A stretch of DNA of 64,000 nucleotides from Eledone cirrhosa (Eukaryota). Every line of letters begins with the position of its first letter. Position 1 is the stretch's first letter. Below, in pieces: positions 13,692 through 27,096 of this stretch. The notes under the pieces are model-generated. The model did not search any database, was not told the DNA's origin, and was given only the letters and a program-made list of their open reading frames with translations. The stretch spans positions 96,782,001 to 96,846,000 of the forward strand of contig OZ024743.1 in the NCBI GenBank assembly GCA_964016885.1, read 5' to 3'. The position numbers and the translations under genes were made by a program.

Positions 13692-14799
13692 TACCATCTC
13701 TCTTTCTCTCTCTCTCTCTCTCTCTTTCTATTTTTCTGTCTTTCTTGACATATAATTTTGTTCAAGTTTGATTCAGTCATGGAAATATCATTCAAGTAAC
13801 TGAAATACTCTGAAAACCAATAACTTGAACTATCATGGCTAGTGTTCAAACTTATCCCTCAACTGTAGCCCTAACTCTATGTGGTTGAGACAAAATATAA
13901 ATAGTAGCCAAATCTACCTAAAATTATACCTTGCTATTTTGAAACTGGTGGGATACATTGGATGTTCTACTAGATACACAATGTCCAAGTGAAGGACAGT
14001 GTGGTACACTTTTGATATTAAGTTTGTTCGATCTGTGTTGACTTTAAGGACAATAACAACAACACTTACTACAAAATATCCTTCACAAAAGTAATTATTA
14101 TCACTTCCCTCTTCTCATTTATATAAAAATAGAAGCTCTTGATTACAATTAGATTATGAAAACTCATTTAATTATATAAATATCTAAACATGATTAAGGC
14201 TTTTCCTAAGGCCAAATTTTGAATTTTGTTACCATAGTTACGGCAATAAATGATGTTACAGTTGAACACTAATTAATCAATTCCTGTATGGGAGAGTTAC
14301 TTCATAATGAAAAACTCTCAAAAAGCATTGTGTATTCAGATATGTACACATACAATAACTTACTCATCGTTACAACCAATCACACACACATTCATACTCA
14401 AGACAATGTGTCTCTCTGCGTTCACTCAAAATTTTAGAAATAGTAGCCACATTTCCTTAAACACACAGATTACTATCTTAAAAATGAAGGCCATATTGGA
14501 TATTTAATAGGTGTTGTGGTCATGACTGGAATGCATTTGATCTTAGGTTTGCTTGATTAGAGATGGCTAAGCAACAAACATGAAAAAAACAACCATAGAC
14601 ATATGCAAATGACAGCACACTAAGCTTTCTCTTCACTTAGACCTCAATCATATGTAACATAAAAACGTTTTGGCAGACATTCTCATCCTCCTATGATGAG
14701 AAAACTTAATTTTTTTCTTAAGGTGTACATAATAATATAGTTTTTATTTAATTACACAGAAACACATAATTTACAGATCTCTTTTATGGATCTTTATTT

Positions 14800-17700
14800 G
14801 ATGCTGTTTTTATATCTTTTCTTTATTCCTGAGTGCTCTGGCTACCTTGTCATGCCATATAGAGAGGTAATAACTAGAGGACATTCTACCATGTCATGCC
14901 ACATAGAGAGGTAATAACTAGAAGATGTTCTACCATGTCATGCCATATAGAGAGGTAATAACTAAAGGACATTCTACCATGTCATGCCACATAGAGAGGT
15001 AATAACTAGGGGACATTCTACCATGTCATGCCACATAGAGAGGTAATAACTAGAGGACATTCTACCACGTCATGCCATATAGAGAGGTAATAACTAAAGG
15101 ACATTCTACCATGTCATGCCATATAGAAAGGTAATAACTAGAGGACATTCTACCATGTGATGCCACATAGAGAGGTAATAACTAGAGGAAATTCTACTAT
15201 GTCATGCCATATAGAAAGGTAATAACTACAGGACATTCTACCATGTCATGCCACATAGAGAGGTAATAACTAGAGGACGTTCTACCATGTCATGCTACAT
15301 AGAGAGGTAATAACTAAAAGATGTTCTACCATGTCATGCCATATAGAGAGGTAATAACTAGAGGACATTCTACCATGTCATGCCATATAGAGAGGTAATA
15401 ACTAGAGGACATTCTACCATGACATGCCATATAGAGAGGTAATAACTAGAGGACAATCTACCATGTCATGTCATATAGAGAGGTAATAACTAGAGGACAT
15501 TCTACCATGTGATGCCATATAGAGAGGTAATAACTAGAGGACATTCTACCATGTCATGCCATATAGAGAGATAATAACTATAGGACATTCTACCATGTCG
15601 TGTCATATAGAGAGGTGATAACTAGAGGACATTCTACCATGTGATGCTATATAGAGAAGTAATAACTAGAGGACATTCTACCATTTGATGCCACATACAG
15701 AGGTAATAACTAAAGGACATTCCACCATATCATGCCATATAGAGAGGTAATAACTAAAGGACATTCTACCATGTCATGCCATATAGAGAGGTAATAACTA
15801 GAGGACATTCTACCATGTCATGTCATATAGAGAGGTAATAACTAGAGGACATTCTACCATTTGATACCACATAGGGAGGTAATAACTAAAGGACATTATA
15901 CCATGTCATGCCATATACAGAGCTAATAACTAGAGGACATTCTACCATGTCATGCCACATAGAGAGGTAATAACTAGAGGACATTCTACCATATCATGCC
16001 ACATAGAGAGGTAATAACTAAAGGACATTCTACCATGTGATGCCACATAGAGAGGTAATAACTAGAGGACATTCTACCATGCCATGCCATATAGAGAGGT
16101 AATAACTAGAGGACATTCTACCATGCCATGCCATATAGAGAGGTAATAACTAGAGGACATTCTACCATGTCATGCAATATAGAGAGGTAATAACTAAAGG
16201 ACATTCTACCATGTCATGCCATATACAGAGGTAATAACTAGAGGACATTCTACCATGCCATGCCATATAGAGAGGTAATAACTAGAGGACATTCTACCAT
16301 GTCATGCAATATACAGAGGTAATAACTAGAGGACATTCTACCATGCCATGCCATATAGAGAGGTAATAACTAGAGGACATTCTACCCTGTCATGTCATAT
16401 AGAGAGGTAATGACTAAAGGACATTCTACCATGTCATGCCACATAGAGAGGTAATAACGAGAGGACATTCTACCATGTGATGCGACATAGATAGGTAATA
16501 AGTAGAGGACATTCTACCATGTGATGCCACATAGAGAGGTAATAACTAGAGGGCATTCTACCATGTCATGCCATATAGAGAGGTAATAACTAGAGGACAT
16601 TCTACCATGTGATGCCATATAGAGAGGTAATAACTAAAGGATATTCTACCATGTGATGCCATATAAGAGGGAATAACTAGAGGATGTTCTATCATGTCAT
16701 GCCATATAGAGAGGTAATAACTAGAGGACATTCTACCATGTCATGCCATATAGAGAGGTAATAACTGGGGTACATTCTACCATGTCATGCCATATAGAGA
16801 GGTAATAACTAGAGGACATTCTACCATGTCATGCCATATAGAGAGGTAATAACTATAGGACATTCTACCATGTCATGCCACATAGAGAGGTAATAATTGT
16901 TTCTACGTTAGGCACAAGGCCAGCAATTAACCAGTGCATTACTGGTACTTTATTTTATCGACCCCGTAAGGATGAAAGGCAAAGTTAACCTCAGCGGTAT
17001 TTGAACTCAGAATGGCAAGGGCCGTAGAGAGGTAATAATGAGAGGACATTCTACCATGTGATGCCATATAGAGAGCTAATAACTAGAGGACATTCTAACA
17101 TGTGATGCCATATAGAGAGGTAATAAGTAAAGGACATTCTACCATGTGATGCCATATAGGGAGGTAATAACTAGAGGACATTCTACCATGTCATGCCATA
17201 TAGAGAGGTAATAACTAGAGGAAATTCTACCATGTCATGCCATATAGAGAGGTAATAACTAGAGGACATTCTACCATGTCATGCCATATAGAGAGGTAAT
17301 AACTAGAGGACATTCTACTATGTCATGCCACATAGAGAGGTAATAACTAGAAGATGTTCTAGCATGTCATGCCATATAGAGAGGTAATAATTAAAGGACA
17401 TTCTACCATGTCATGCCACATAGAGAGGTAATAACTAGAGGACATTCTACCACGTCATGCCATATAGAGAGGTAATAACTAGAGGACATTCTACCATGTC
17501 ATGCCATATAGAGAGGTAATAACTAAAGGAGATTCTACCATGTCATGCCACATAGCGAGGTAATAACTAAAGGACATTCTACCATGTCATGCCATATACA
17601 GAGGTAATAACTAGAGGACATTCTACCATGCCATGCCATACAGAGAGGTAATAACTAGAGGACATTCTACCATGTCATGCAATATAGAGAGGTAATAACT

Positions 17701-18790
17701 AGAGGACATTCTACCATGTCATGTCATATAGAGAGGTAATGACTAAAGGACATTCTACCATGTCATGCCACATAGAGAGGTAATAACGAGAGGACATTCT
17801 ACCATGTGATGCGACATAGATAGGTAATAAGTAGAGGACATTCTACCATGTGATGCCACATAGAGAGGTAATAACTAGAGGGCATTCTACCATGTCATGC
17901 CATATAGAGAGGTAATAACTAGAGGACATTCTACCATGTGATGCCATATAGAGAGGTAATAACTAGAGGATATTCTACCATGTGATGCCATATAGAGAGG
18001 TAATAACTAGAGGATATTCTACCATGTGATGCCATATAAGAGGGAATAACTAGAGGATGTTCTACCATGTCATGCCACATAGAGAGGTAATAACGAGAGG
18101 ACATTCTACCATGTGATGCGACATAGATAGGTAATAAGTAGAGGACATTCTACCATGTGATGCCACATAGAGAGGTAATAACTAGAGGGCATTCTACCAT
18201 GTCATGCCATATAGGGAGGTAATAACTAGAGGACATTCTACCATGTGATGCCACATAGAGAGGTAATAACTAGAGGACATTCTACCATGTGATGCCACAT
18301 AGAGAGGTAATAACTAGAGGACATTCTTCCACATTTGGCAATAATCTGACAAATGTCTTCAGTTTTAGTATGTCATAACCTACATTTGTTGTCAGCTAAT
18401 TATTTCTCTCTTTTGAGAAGTAGGTACCTAGTGAGGATATCTTGCTCCTGGATTGCATGGAGGTAACCCCACCAGATATTTGGTGTGGTTTTTTTTCCTT
18501 CTATGGTATGGATTTTTGCTTCAAGTACCCATATACAACTTTCTCAGTGGTTTGTTTTTTGATTTGCTTCTAGTGTTCCATAAGATTTTCCTATGCTTTT
18601 TGGAGAAAGAGCTGTGTCAGTTTTTATTTGATGTCTTGCCACAAGTTCATCTCAACAGAGTTTTCATGTTCGTGCTCACAAACATGAGCAAGAGAGTCCT
18701 TGAGATTTTTTCTGTTGGAGATGTTGTTTTGACATTCTACATACATTTCAGTCTTTGTATAAAACTAAAGTGGTTAGGCTCAGCTCATTA
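14800..18790 (-). mobile_element. Degraded R4/Dong-like (RLE-type) non-LTR retrotransposon fragment hosting the 44-bp array
   Basis: Minus-strand translation from 18468: GYLHAIQEQDILTRYLLLKREK*LADNKCRL*HTKTEDICQIIAKCGRMSSSYYLSMWHHMV, a decayed CCHC knuckle. It resumes at the other end of the array as ...WHDKVARALRNK. Outer boundaries are approximate. Confidence 0.75.
14843..18327. repeat. 44-bp minisatellite, about 76 units, interrupted by a SINE at 16898-17024
   Basis: Unit CCATGTCATGCCATATAGAGAGGTAATAACTAGAGGACATTCTA. The 44-nt period was measured directly (TTCTACC at 14884 and 14928). No spacers between units. Confidence 0.98.
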
Positions 18791-19888
18791 ATATCTCTTA
18801 TGTAATTGTTTGATAAGATTGTCATTCCACCGTAGAGTGTGATTATAGTCGCAATTAGAATGAAAGAGATTTATGCTTTTAGTTTTAAATTAAGGAAGTA
18901 AACATTTGATAATGTTGTCCTACAAATTTGGGATAGTCACATTTAGACAATAGTCGGCTTGTTCAGGAATGTCCTGGGGCTAATATCATCAATAACAGCT
19001 TATATAATTCTCATTACATTTCCAACTGGTAGATTGGCAGTATCGGTAAAGTGTCAGACAACATGCTTGGTTGCATAGAGTTACGGCCCTTTACGTTCTG
19101 AGTTCAAATCCTGTCGTGATTAACTTTGCCTTTCATCCTTACTGGGTCGATAAAATAAAGTACCAGTCATGCACTGGGGTTGATTTAATCGACCCCCCCC
19201 CCAAGAAAATTGTTGGGGCCTTGTGCCTAAATCAGAAATCATTGTAGTTCCATGCAGCTATGTTTTAGTCCCTATCAATGGAGTTTGATTATCTATGCTT
19301 ATCTTAGGTCTACTTGTCTATCTTGGCCAAGTATGGGTTGGACAGTGTGCTCCTGTAGTTCAATGTTGCACATCAGCACATTGGCGGAATAGGAATTGAG
19401 AAGACATAGTGCTAGAACATATATTGCAAGGTATTTCGTCTAACACTGACATTCCTGGCTATCCACCTCCCACGACTGGTACTACTCTTATTTATTACTT
19501 TCCAGATCTTCAGTTATTGATTAATAATAAGAAATATGAGAACTATTACCAATAATAGGTTACTATTATTTATATTTCATATTATTGTTGTGTCCTTACA
19601 ATATTTTTGTCTTTGTTACATGTAATTGAATCAAATTCTTTTTTTTTCTTTCGTAAATAGAAATACAAATAAGTAATTAAAAAGAGGGGCTCAGTTTGAC
19701 AAGTTCATGCTAGAAATAACAGCCAAGTCACCTTTAAATTGCTCCTCATGACCTTAAAAATATAGAGACATTTTGGATATGTAAAGGCATAAGGGTTAGG
19801 GTGTTACTCTCCTAATCCTAAAGTTGTGAGTTTGATCCTTGAACCAGGTGGTTATGTCCTCCAATAAGACTTATTTCACATTGCTCCA

Positions 19889-21659
19889 GTTTACCTAGCT
19901 GTAAATATAAGCAGCTGGGGATAACCTTATGACAGACTGGCATCAGGCTTGCTTAATATCTCCTGGTTTACCTAGCTGTAAATATAAGCAGCTGGGGATA
20001 ACCTTATGACAGACTGGCATCAGGCTTGCTTAATATCTCCTGGTTTACCTAGCTGTAAATATAAGCATCTGGGGATAACCTTATGACAGACTGGCATCAG
20101 GCTTGCTTAATATCTCCTGGTTTACCTAGCTGTAAATATAAGCAGCTGGGGATAACCTTATGACAGACTGGCATCAGACTTGCTTAATATCTCCTGGTTT
20201 ACCTAGCTGTAAATATAAACAGCTGGGGATAACCTTATGACAGACTGGCATCAGGCTTGCTTAATATCTCCTGGTTTACCTAGCTGTAAATATAAGCAGC
20301 TGGGGATAACCTTATGACAGACTGGCATCAGGCTTGCTTAATATCTCCTGGTTTACTTAGCTGTAAATATTAGCAGCTGGGGATAACCTTATGACAGACT
20401 GGCATCAGGCTTGCTTAATATCTCCTGGTTTACCTAGCTGTAAATATTAGCAGCTGGGGATAACCTTATGACAGACTGGCATCAGGCTTGCTTAATATCT
20501 CCTGGTTTACCTAGCTGTAAATATTAGCATCTGGGGATAACCTTATGACAGACTGGCATCAGGCTTGCTTAATATCTCCTGGTTTACCTAGCTGTAAATA
20601 TTAGCATCTGGGGATAACCTTATGACAGACTGGCATCAGGCTTGCTTAATATCTCCTGGTTTACCTAGCTGTAAATATTAGCAGCTGGGGATAACCTTAT
20701 GACAGACTGGCATCAGGCTTGCTTAATATCTCCTGGTTTACTTAGCTGTAAATATTAGCAGCTGGGGATAATCTTATGACAGACTGGCATCAGGCTTGCT
20801 TAATATCTCCTGGTTTACCTAGCTGTAAATATTATCAGCTGGGGATAACCTTACGACAGACTGGCATCAGGCTTGCTTAATATCTCCTGGTTTACCTAGC
20901 TGTAAATATTAGCAGCTGGGGATAACCTTACGACAGACTGGCATCAGGCTTGCTTAATATCTCCTGGTTTACCTAGCTGTAAATATTAACATCTGGGGAT
21001 AACCTTATGACAGACTGGCATCAGGCTTGCTTAATATCTCCTGGTTTACCTAGCTGTAAATATTAGCAGCTGGGGATAACCTTATGACAGACTGGCATCA
21101 GACTTGCTTAATATCTCCTGGTTTACCTAGCTGTAAATATAAGCAGCTGGGGATAACCTTATGACAGACTGGCATCAGGCTTGCTTAATATCTCCTGGTT
21201 TACCTAGCTGTAAATATAAGCAGCTGGGGATAACCTTATGACAGACTGGCATCAGGCTTGCTTAATATCTCCTGGTTTACCTAGCTGTAAATATAAGCAG
21301 CTGGGGATAACCTTATGACAGACTGGCATCAGGCTTGCTTAATATCTCCTGGTTTACCTAGCTGTAAATATTAGCAGCTGGGGATAACCTTATGACAGAC
21401 TGGCATCAGACTTGCTTAATATCTCCTGGTTTACCTAGCTGTAAATATAAGCAGCTGGGGATAACCTTATGACAGACTGGCATCAGGCTTGCTTAATATC
21501 TCCTGGTTTACCTAGCTGTAAATATAAGCAGCTGGGGATAACCTTATGACAGACTGGCATCAGGCTTGCTTAATATCTCCTGGTTTACTTAGCTGTAAAT
21601 ATAAGCAGCTGGGGATAACCTTATGACAGACTGGCATCAGGCTTGCTTAATATCTCCTG
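19889..21659. repeat. 77-bp minisatellite, 23 near-identical units
   Basis: Unit GTTTACCTAGCTGTAAATATAAGCAGCTGGGGATAACCTTATGACAGACTGGCATCAGGCTTGCTTAATATCTCCTG. Period 77 (19965 vs 20042), and 1771 bp = 23 x 77. Confidence 0.98.
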
Positions 21660-22476
21660 AGACTAGTATAAGATATCACCTTCATTCAAAACATCACTGA
21701 AAAACTGATATGTGACTAGGATATTGGATAGTTGCTTGAAAAATAAAAAGATAGGATAGTCGTGGCTGGAATGCCTTTGGCTTGCAACACCAAGTAGATA
21801 TGAAACTGGGAAAAAAAGTAAAATGAATGTTTCGGTTTTAAGTTCTGTAATCTGTACTGATGTGAATTAAAGTGGATAGTGTCTAGGATAGATTTAGGGA
21901 TGTCACTTAACTGATTGGCAAGAAATAATCAAACTTCAAATTCTAGCCTACTTTCTATCTCTCACTCTCTCTCTGCTTCTTTTTTCTGTTGCTATTCACT
22001 GTCTGCTTTTCTTCCCTTTAGTACTGACTGGTCTTGTGCCACCTCTATTTAAGTTCTCCCGACTCACTCATCTCTCCCTGTCCTGTCAGACATATTGTAT
22101 CAAATCCCTTGCTATCATGGTAACCACTTTCATCAGTTCTTCATCCCAGAACATTTACCATCTGGAATCCTTATCTGTCCATGTTTTTCTTCTAGTCATT
22201 AACTTGCAACTATACAAAGGCTATAGACACAAACCCTTTCTCGAAACAAATCAATAAAAACAAACAAAACAAGTAAAATAATATACTTTAGTTTGTTTAA
22301 TGTGTACTGTTGAGGTTGTTTAATATACCTTTCTTAGAGTGATTAATGCATGCTTAATACAATATTCAACACCATGACCTATAGGTTAACAGCCCAACAC
22401 CTTAACATTCAACATTAAAACAATCTATATTACAAATCATAAATATCGATCTAATTATATATGGGATAAGGGTTAA

Positions 22477-22908
22477 CCCTTTCCTTTTCATATTTCTAAT
22501 GACATTGCCTATTATTTGCAACTAATTTTGAAAATAATTAAGAATTCAAAAGCATTCAGTAATTTGAATAACTTTCATTATTAAGCTGGTTAGGGTGGTG
22601 GATTTGCAATATCGGTAGAGTACCAGACACCATGCGTTGCAGCATAGAGTTATGGTCTTTTATATTCTGAATTTAAATACCGCTGAGGTTGGCTTTGCTT
22701 TTCATCCTTACGGGGTCGATAAAATAAAGTACCAGTAATGTACTGGGTAATTGCTGGCCTTGTGCCAAAGCAGAAACAATTATTACTTAACATAAGTTCT
22801 TAAACAAAATTATGATGGAAAGTTTTTACATAAACAGAAACACTTTAAAACAAACAATTTTGTATTGTAGACCCAAGGGCAGTTTCAGGTGGTTTGGTAT
22901 CAAAAGGG
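22477..22908. mobile_element. piggyBac-type MITE (family 2) with nested SINE at 22593-22785
   Basis: TTAA|CCCTT...ATCAAAAGGG|TTAA. Related copy at 34752-34973 in opposite orientation and a decayed one near 48560-48785. Confidence 0.65.
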
Positions 22909-23660
22909 TTAAAAAAAAAAGAAACCAATTATCCTTGTAGTTTTCTGAGGTTAGAATATTAGTTTTGTGATATCAATTATTCATTCCAAAGTTGTCACTC
23001 ATCAATTTATAATGAAATCTTCCTGTGTTTTACAATCCTTCACATTGCTTTGTTGGTAATTTACCATTTCATAAACCCTTTTGATATGCAAGTTCAAGTT
23101 TTGACAAATTAATCTTCAAAAAAATTTCTGTGGTACATTAGTTTTAATAATTAACATTTAGTATTTTGAATTAATAAAGAATAACTACTTATCTATAAAC
23201 ACCAATTTAAGTAAAAAAAAATATTAAAACAATTATTTTATGTTCTTGTGTTATATAATTTCACTTTAGATTAAAAATCTTAGCACTTTATAGTTTGAAC
23301 ATTTCTTATTCATTTTTGTTCTACTAACTAACAAATGTTTGGTTTCTAAATGAAGTCCCCATCCACTAAAAAATATTTACTAGTCTTTTTCACATCTGCT
23401 CTTCACTTCTGCCTTCAGTTTTAATTCTGATGAAACTTTATCTCAGGGGATAAAATGACAAGGAGAAATGGATACAGCTTTGTGGCAGATAAGTTATCTG
23501 CCACTGTTCTTTGGTAACTTAGCAATTCACCTCATCACTACTAACATTTACTACTAACAAGTAGTTTGCTTTGAAACAACATTTGGCTCTACTACTCTGT
23601 CTCTCTGCTTCAAGAGATATTAACAACAGTATTCAAGATGGATATATATTTTTCTTATAG

Positions 23661-23750
23661 CACAATTATGCCGTCCCAGGTGGCCGTCTTAGTCCAAGTG
23701 TATCAGAAGCAGACTTACACAGTCCATCTACAGATTCCACTAAATCAGAG
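23661..23750 (+). CDS. RGS7: R7-family RGS linker exon: HNYAVPGGRLSPSVSEADLHSPSTDSTKSE
   Basis: TTTTTCTTATAG acceptor, GAG|GTAAGC donor, 90 nt open phase 0/0. It is Ser/Pro-rich and fits the position and size of the DHEX-GGL linker of RGS7. Weakly conserved, so support comes mainly from splice signals and phase. Confidence 0.8.
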
Positions 23751-26700
23751 GTAAGCCTCAAAAATTAGAACTTCACTTATACTGGAAAATGCTTCACTAT
23801 TCAATATCATCATTTCATTCGATTAGATACAAGAAAAATTTCATAGGAAGAGAGAAACTACAATTAATAGAGTTAATGCCAGTATATTACTGACACCTAC
23901 TAATATCAGAGATAGAAAGCAATGTAAGCTTAGGTTTGACTAGAACACATAAACAACACAGGCAACAAACTACATGTTATATAGCATGTAACCAGCTCTC
24001 AAATATCTGTGTCATCTACTCAAATCTGTTTTCAAATATCATATTAAATTGTCATTCACATTTTCTTGCAGTTACTTACAAATATCCTACAAAATATATG
24101 ACATATCTAGGAGTTGAACATTGCCTAGTGGTAAGTGGTAACTTTTGAAGAAGATTTTAATTTTAATTTTAATTTACAAGTATGATGTAATTATTACTCA
24201 GTTTACTTGATGCGATCTAGAATTAAGAATTTGACCATGAAAAAGCAAGAATAATGAAAACAACATATTACTTGAGTGTATTATTATATTATAATAAATC
24301 TTAGGTTTTAGTGAGCTGTTATAGTTTTAAAAAGTTCAAATCTCTCCCAAGTGACCAGGTTCATCATGCTAAGGCTTATTCTCAGTTTCATCTTACATTG
24401 GCATAAGTAGATAGTACAAGACTCTTCCCTGGAGAGGATGCCAGTCCATCATGGGGCTAACTCCCAGCTACTGGTGATACTCATTTTCAGCTGAGTGTAC
24501 TGGAACAACAGGAAATGTGTTTTGGTAAAAAAACACAACGTGCCACTTGGTCAAGGAATGAAGCCCGTAATATTATGATCATAAGTCCACCACCAGAACC
24601 ACTAGACCATGTGCTTTTACAGCTGTCATAGTACTATGTTATAGTACTATGTCATAAGCAAATACTGCAAAGAAAGCATTAAAGAAATTATTGGCTATGA
24701 AGTACAAGTAAATAAAATGTCCTCTAATTTTCAGTGAAAATGACATATGTCAGTGAAAGATGTTGGGGCAAAGATATAGAAAGCAACATCATCATCATCA
24801 TCATCATCATCAACGTTTAACGTCCGTGTTCCACGCTTGCATGGATTTGGACGGGGGTAGTCCCACTTGAGGCAAGAGTGATTGTCTTGCTCGCATAGGA
24901 CTGTCTGGCAGGTTTTCTACAGTTGGATGCCCTTCCTAACACCAACCACATTTATAGTGTGGGTCTGGGAGGTTTTTACCGTGTTGCCTACACGGCCACA
25001 TTACAGCGTGGACTGTGTGTTTTTTTGTCGTGACACCTACACGATTTGTCGTGACACCTACAAATATTGAATATAAGCTAAGCATGGAGAGAAAAAAGAT
25101 ATTCAGGAAATCTGTGTTTCTCAGCTCAAATTGCTCTATCTTTCAATATTGGCATTTTTCCAAATAGATATGGAAGTTAATTCTTGAAATAGCTTCTATG
25201 ATGTGATTTGAGCTCTTGAGGATTTTATATTCAAATGCTTTTCTTTGTATGTATGCAAGCAAACCCATACAGGCAATCACACATAGATATATATGTCTGT
25301 TTGCTTGTTTGTATTATGTGTGTGTGTGTATGCATGCATGTATATATGTATAACATGATAGTAATAGTTGGCTGCATAATTGTTAAAGTTACAACATATT
25401 ATGTGTATGGTATTGTATGATTTAGTATAGCATATTATAATCGAGTTCATGATGTCTCACTGAACTGGATAGATTGTAAACTGATGGTATTTATAATGCC
25501 ACCATTTCTGAAATACAGATATTAATTAAATAAGCTTCTCTAAATGATATGTACATTCTAACTGCAATAGACATTTCAACTCCTATCCCAACTTACCAAA
25601 ATTTGATGCAAAATTTCTATTTGTTTCTTTAACTCCACAATGATGTAAATGTTTTATTAAACAAGTTGTTTCATTAGATAAACTTTTCCTCTTTAGAAAT
25701 TTATTTTTAAAACCATTTCAAAAGACACTAAAATTTCTCCCCAGATAAGTCACATACACAATACATAGCAAATTGTCAAAGTTGTTAGAGCTCAAGGCAA
25801 TGAATGCCTTGCAGTATTTGTTCCAGCTCAAATCCCTTCAAAGTCAACTTTGTCTTTCATCATTTTTGGGTTGATGAAATAAAGTACAATCCAGGGTGAA
25901 GGATTAGCAGACTTGTTAGAGAAATGGATAATATGCCTTATGCTATCTGTTCTGGCTCTTTGTTTCTGAATTTAAATCCTGTTGGAGTCTACTGGGGTAG
26001 TATACATGAGTTTTAGAGGCATACAATGAAGGAGTTGGCCCCAGCATCACCATAACTCTGCATGCCACTGCTTATCATGTACTATATCCTACTAATTCTA
26101 ACTGAGAATTATATCTGGGGACATGTGTCTACATAATACTTAGCCACTTACATATTAATTTAATGCGTAAGATATCCAGTTGATCAAACAACTGAATATT
26201 CTTCATCAAAACCAACAGAAGGTCCTTCATTTATGAGTTCCTATAATTGATTCATGGCAGCAACCATCATGTTCATCATAATTATTATTGCCATCACCTT
26301 TAAATCTCATACTGAATCCCCATCGTAGAACCACAGTTTCAGGACATTTAATATCAAAAGAGGTAAAGAGGTAAGACATGGAGCAAATCATGAGAACCCC
26401 CCCTTCTGATTAGTTTGCATAGCCTTCATTGGAAATGTTTGCATTTCTTCATGCAAATATTCCAGTATGATTTGTTAATTGAATTGCTGATATGGTGGTG
26501 GTGTTTATCATATCATTTTATTGTGATTGAGCTGGTGTATTTGTCGAGAAAGAAGGGTTTTATATTCTAGCTTGAGTTACATAAGTTATTTTATATTTGA
26601 ATATAGGTATAGGTATGGCTGTGTGTTTAAGGAGTTCACTTCTGTGTTCAGTCCTGCTGTGTGGCATCTTAGGCAACTGTCTTCTACTATAGCTACTTGT

Positions 26701-27058
26701 TGACTAATGACTTATGAGTGGAATTTGGTAGAAAGAAACTACAGAAGCTTGTGATATATATATAAAGAAGTGGTTTCACAACAGTTAGTTCACCATACCA
26801 GTATGGTGAACTAACTGTTGTGTAACCACTTCTACCTAACTCGTCCCATAGACTGAGTGCTCTATCACTATGGATATTACCTTCCAGTGTTCTACCAGTA
26901 TATATATATATGCAAAGTGGTCGTGGAGGTGCCACGGCAAAAAAGCACCCAGCACTCACTGTAAATGAGGTTGGTGTTAGGAAGGGCATCCAGCTGTAGA
27001 AATCAAGCCAGAATCAGTTCCCGTCCCACCCTTGCAAGCAGGGAAAAGTGGACGTAAA

Positions 27059-27096
<38 letters not shown>

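Noticed and set aside
14843-21659. 44-bp and 77-bp arrays as CRISPR arrays
   Set aside because: Units are contiguous with no unique spacers, there are no cas genes, the context is a eukaryotic intron, and both units trace to retroelements.
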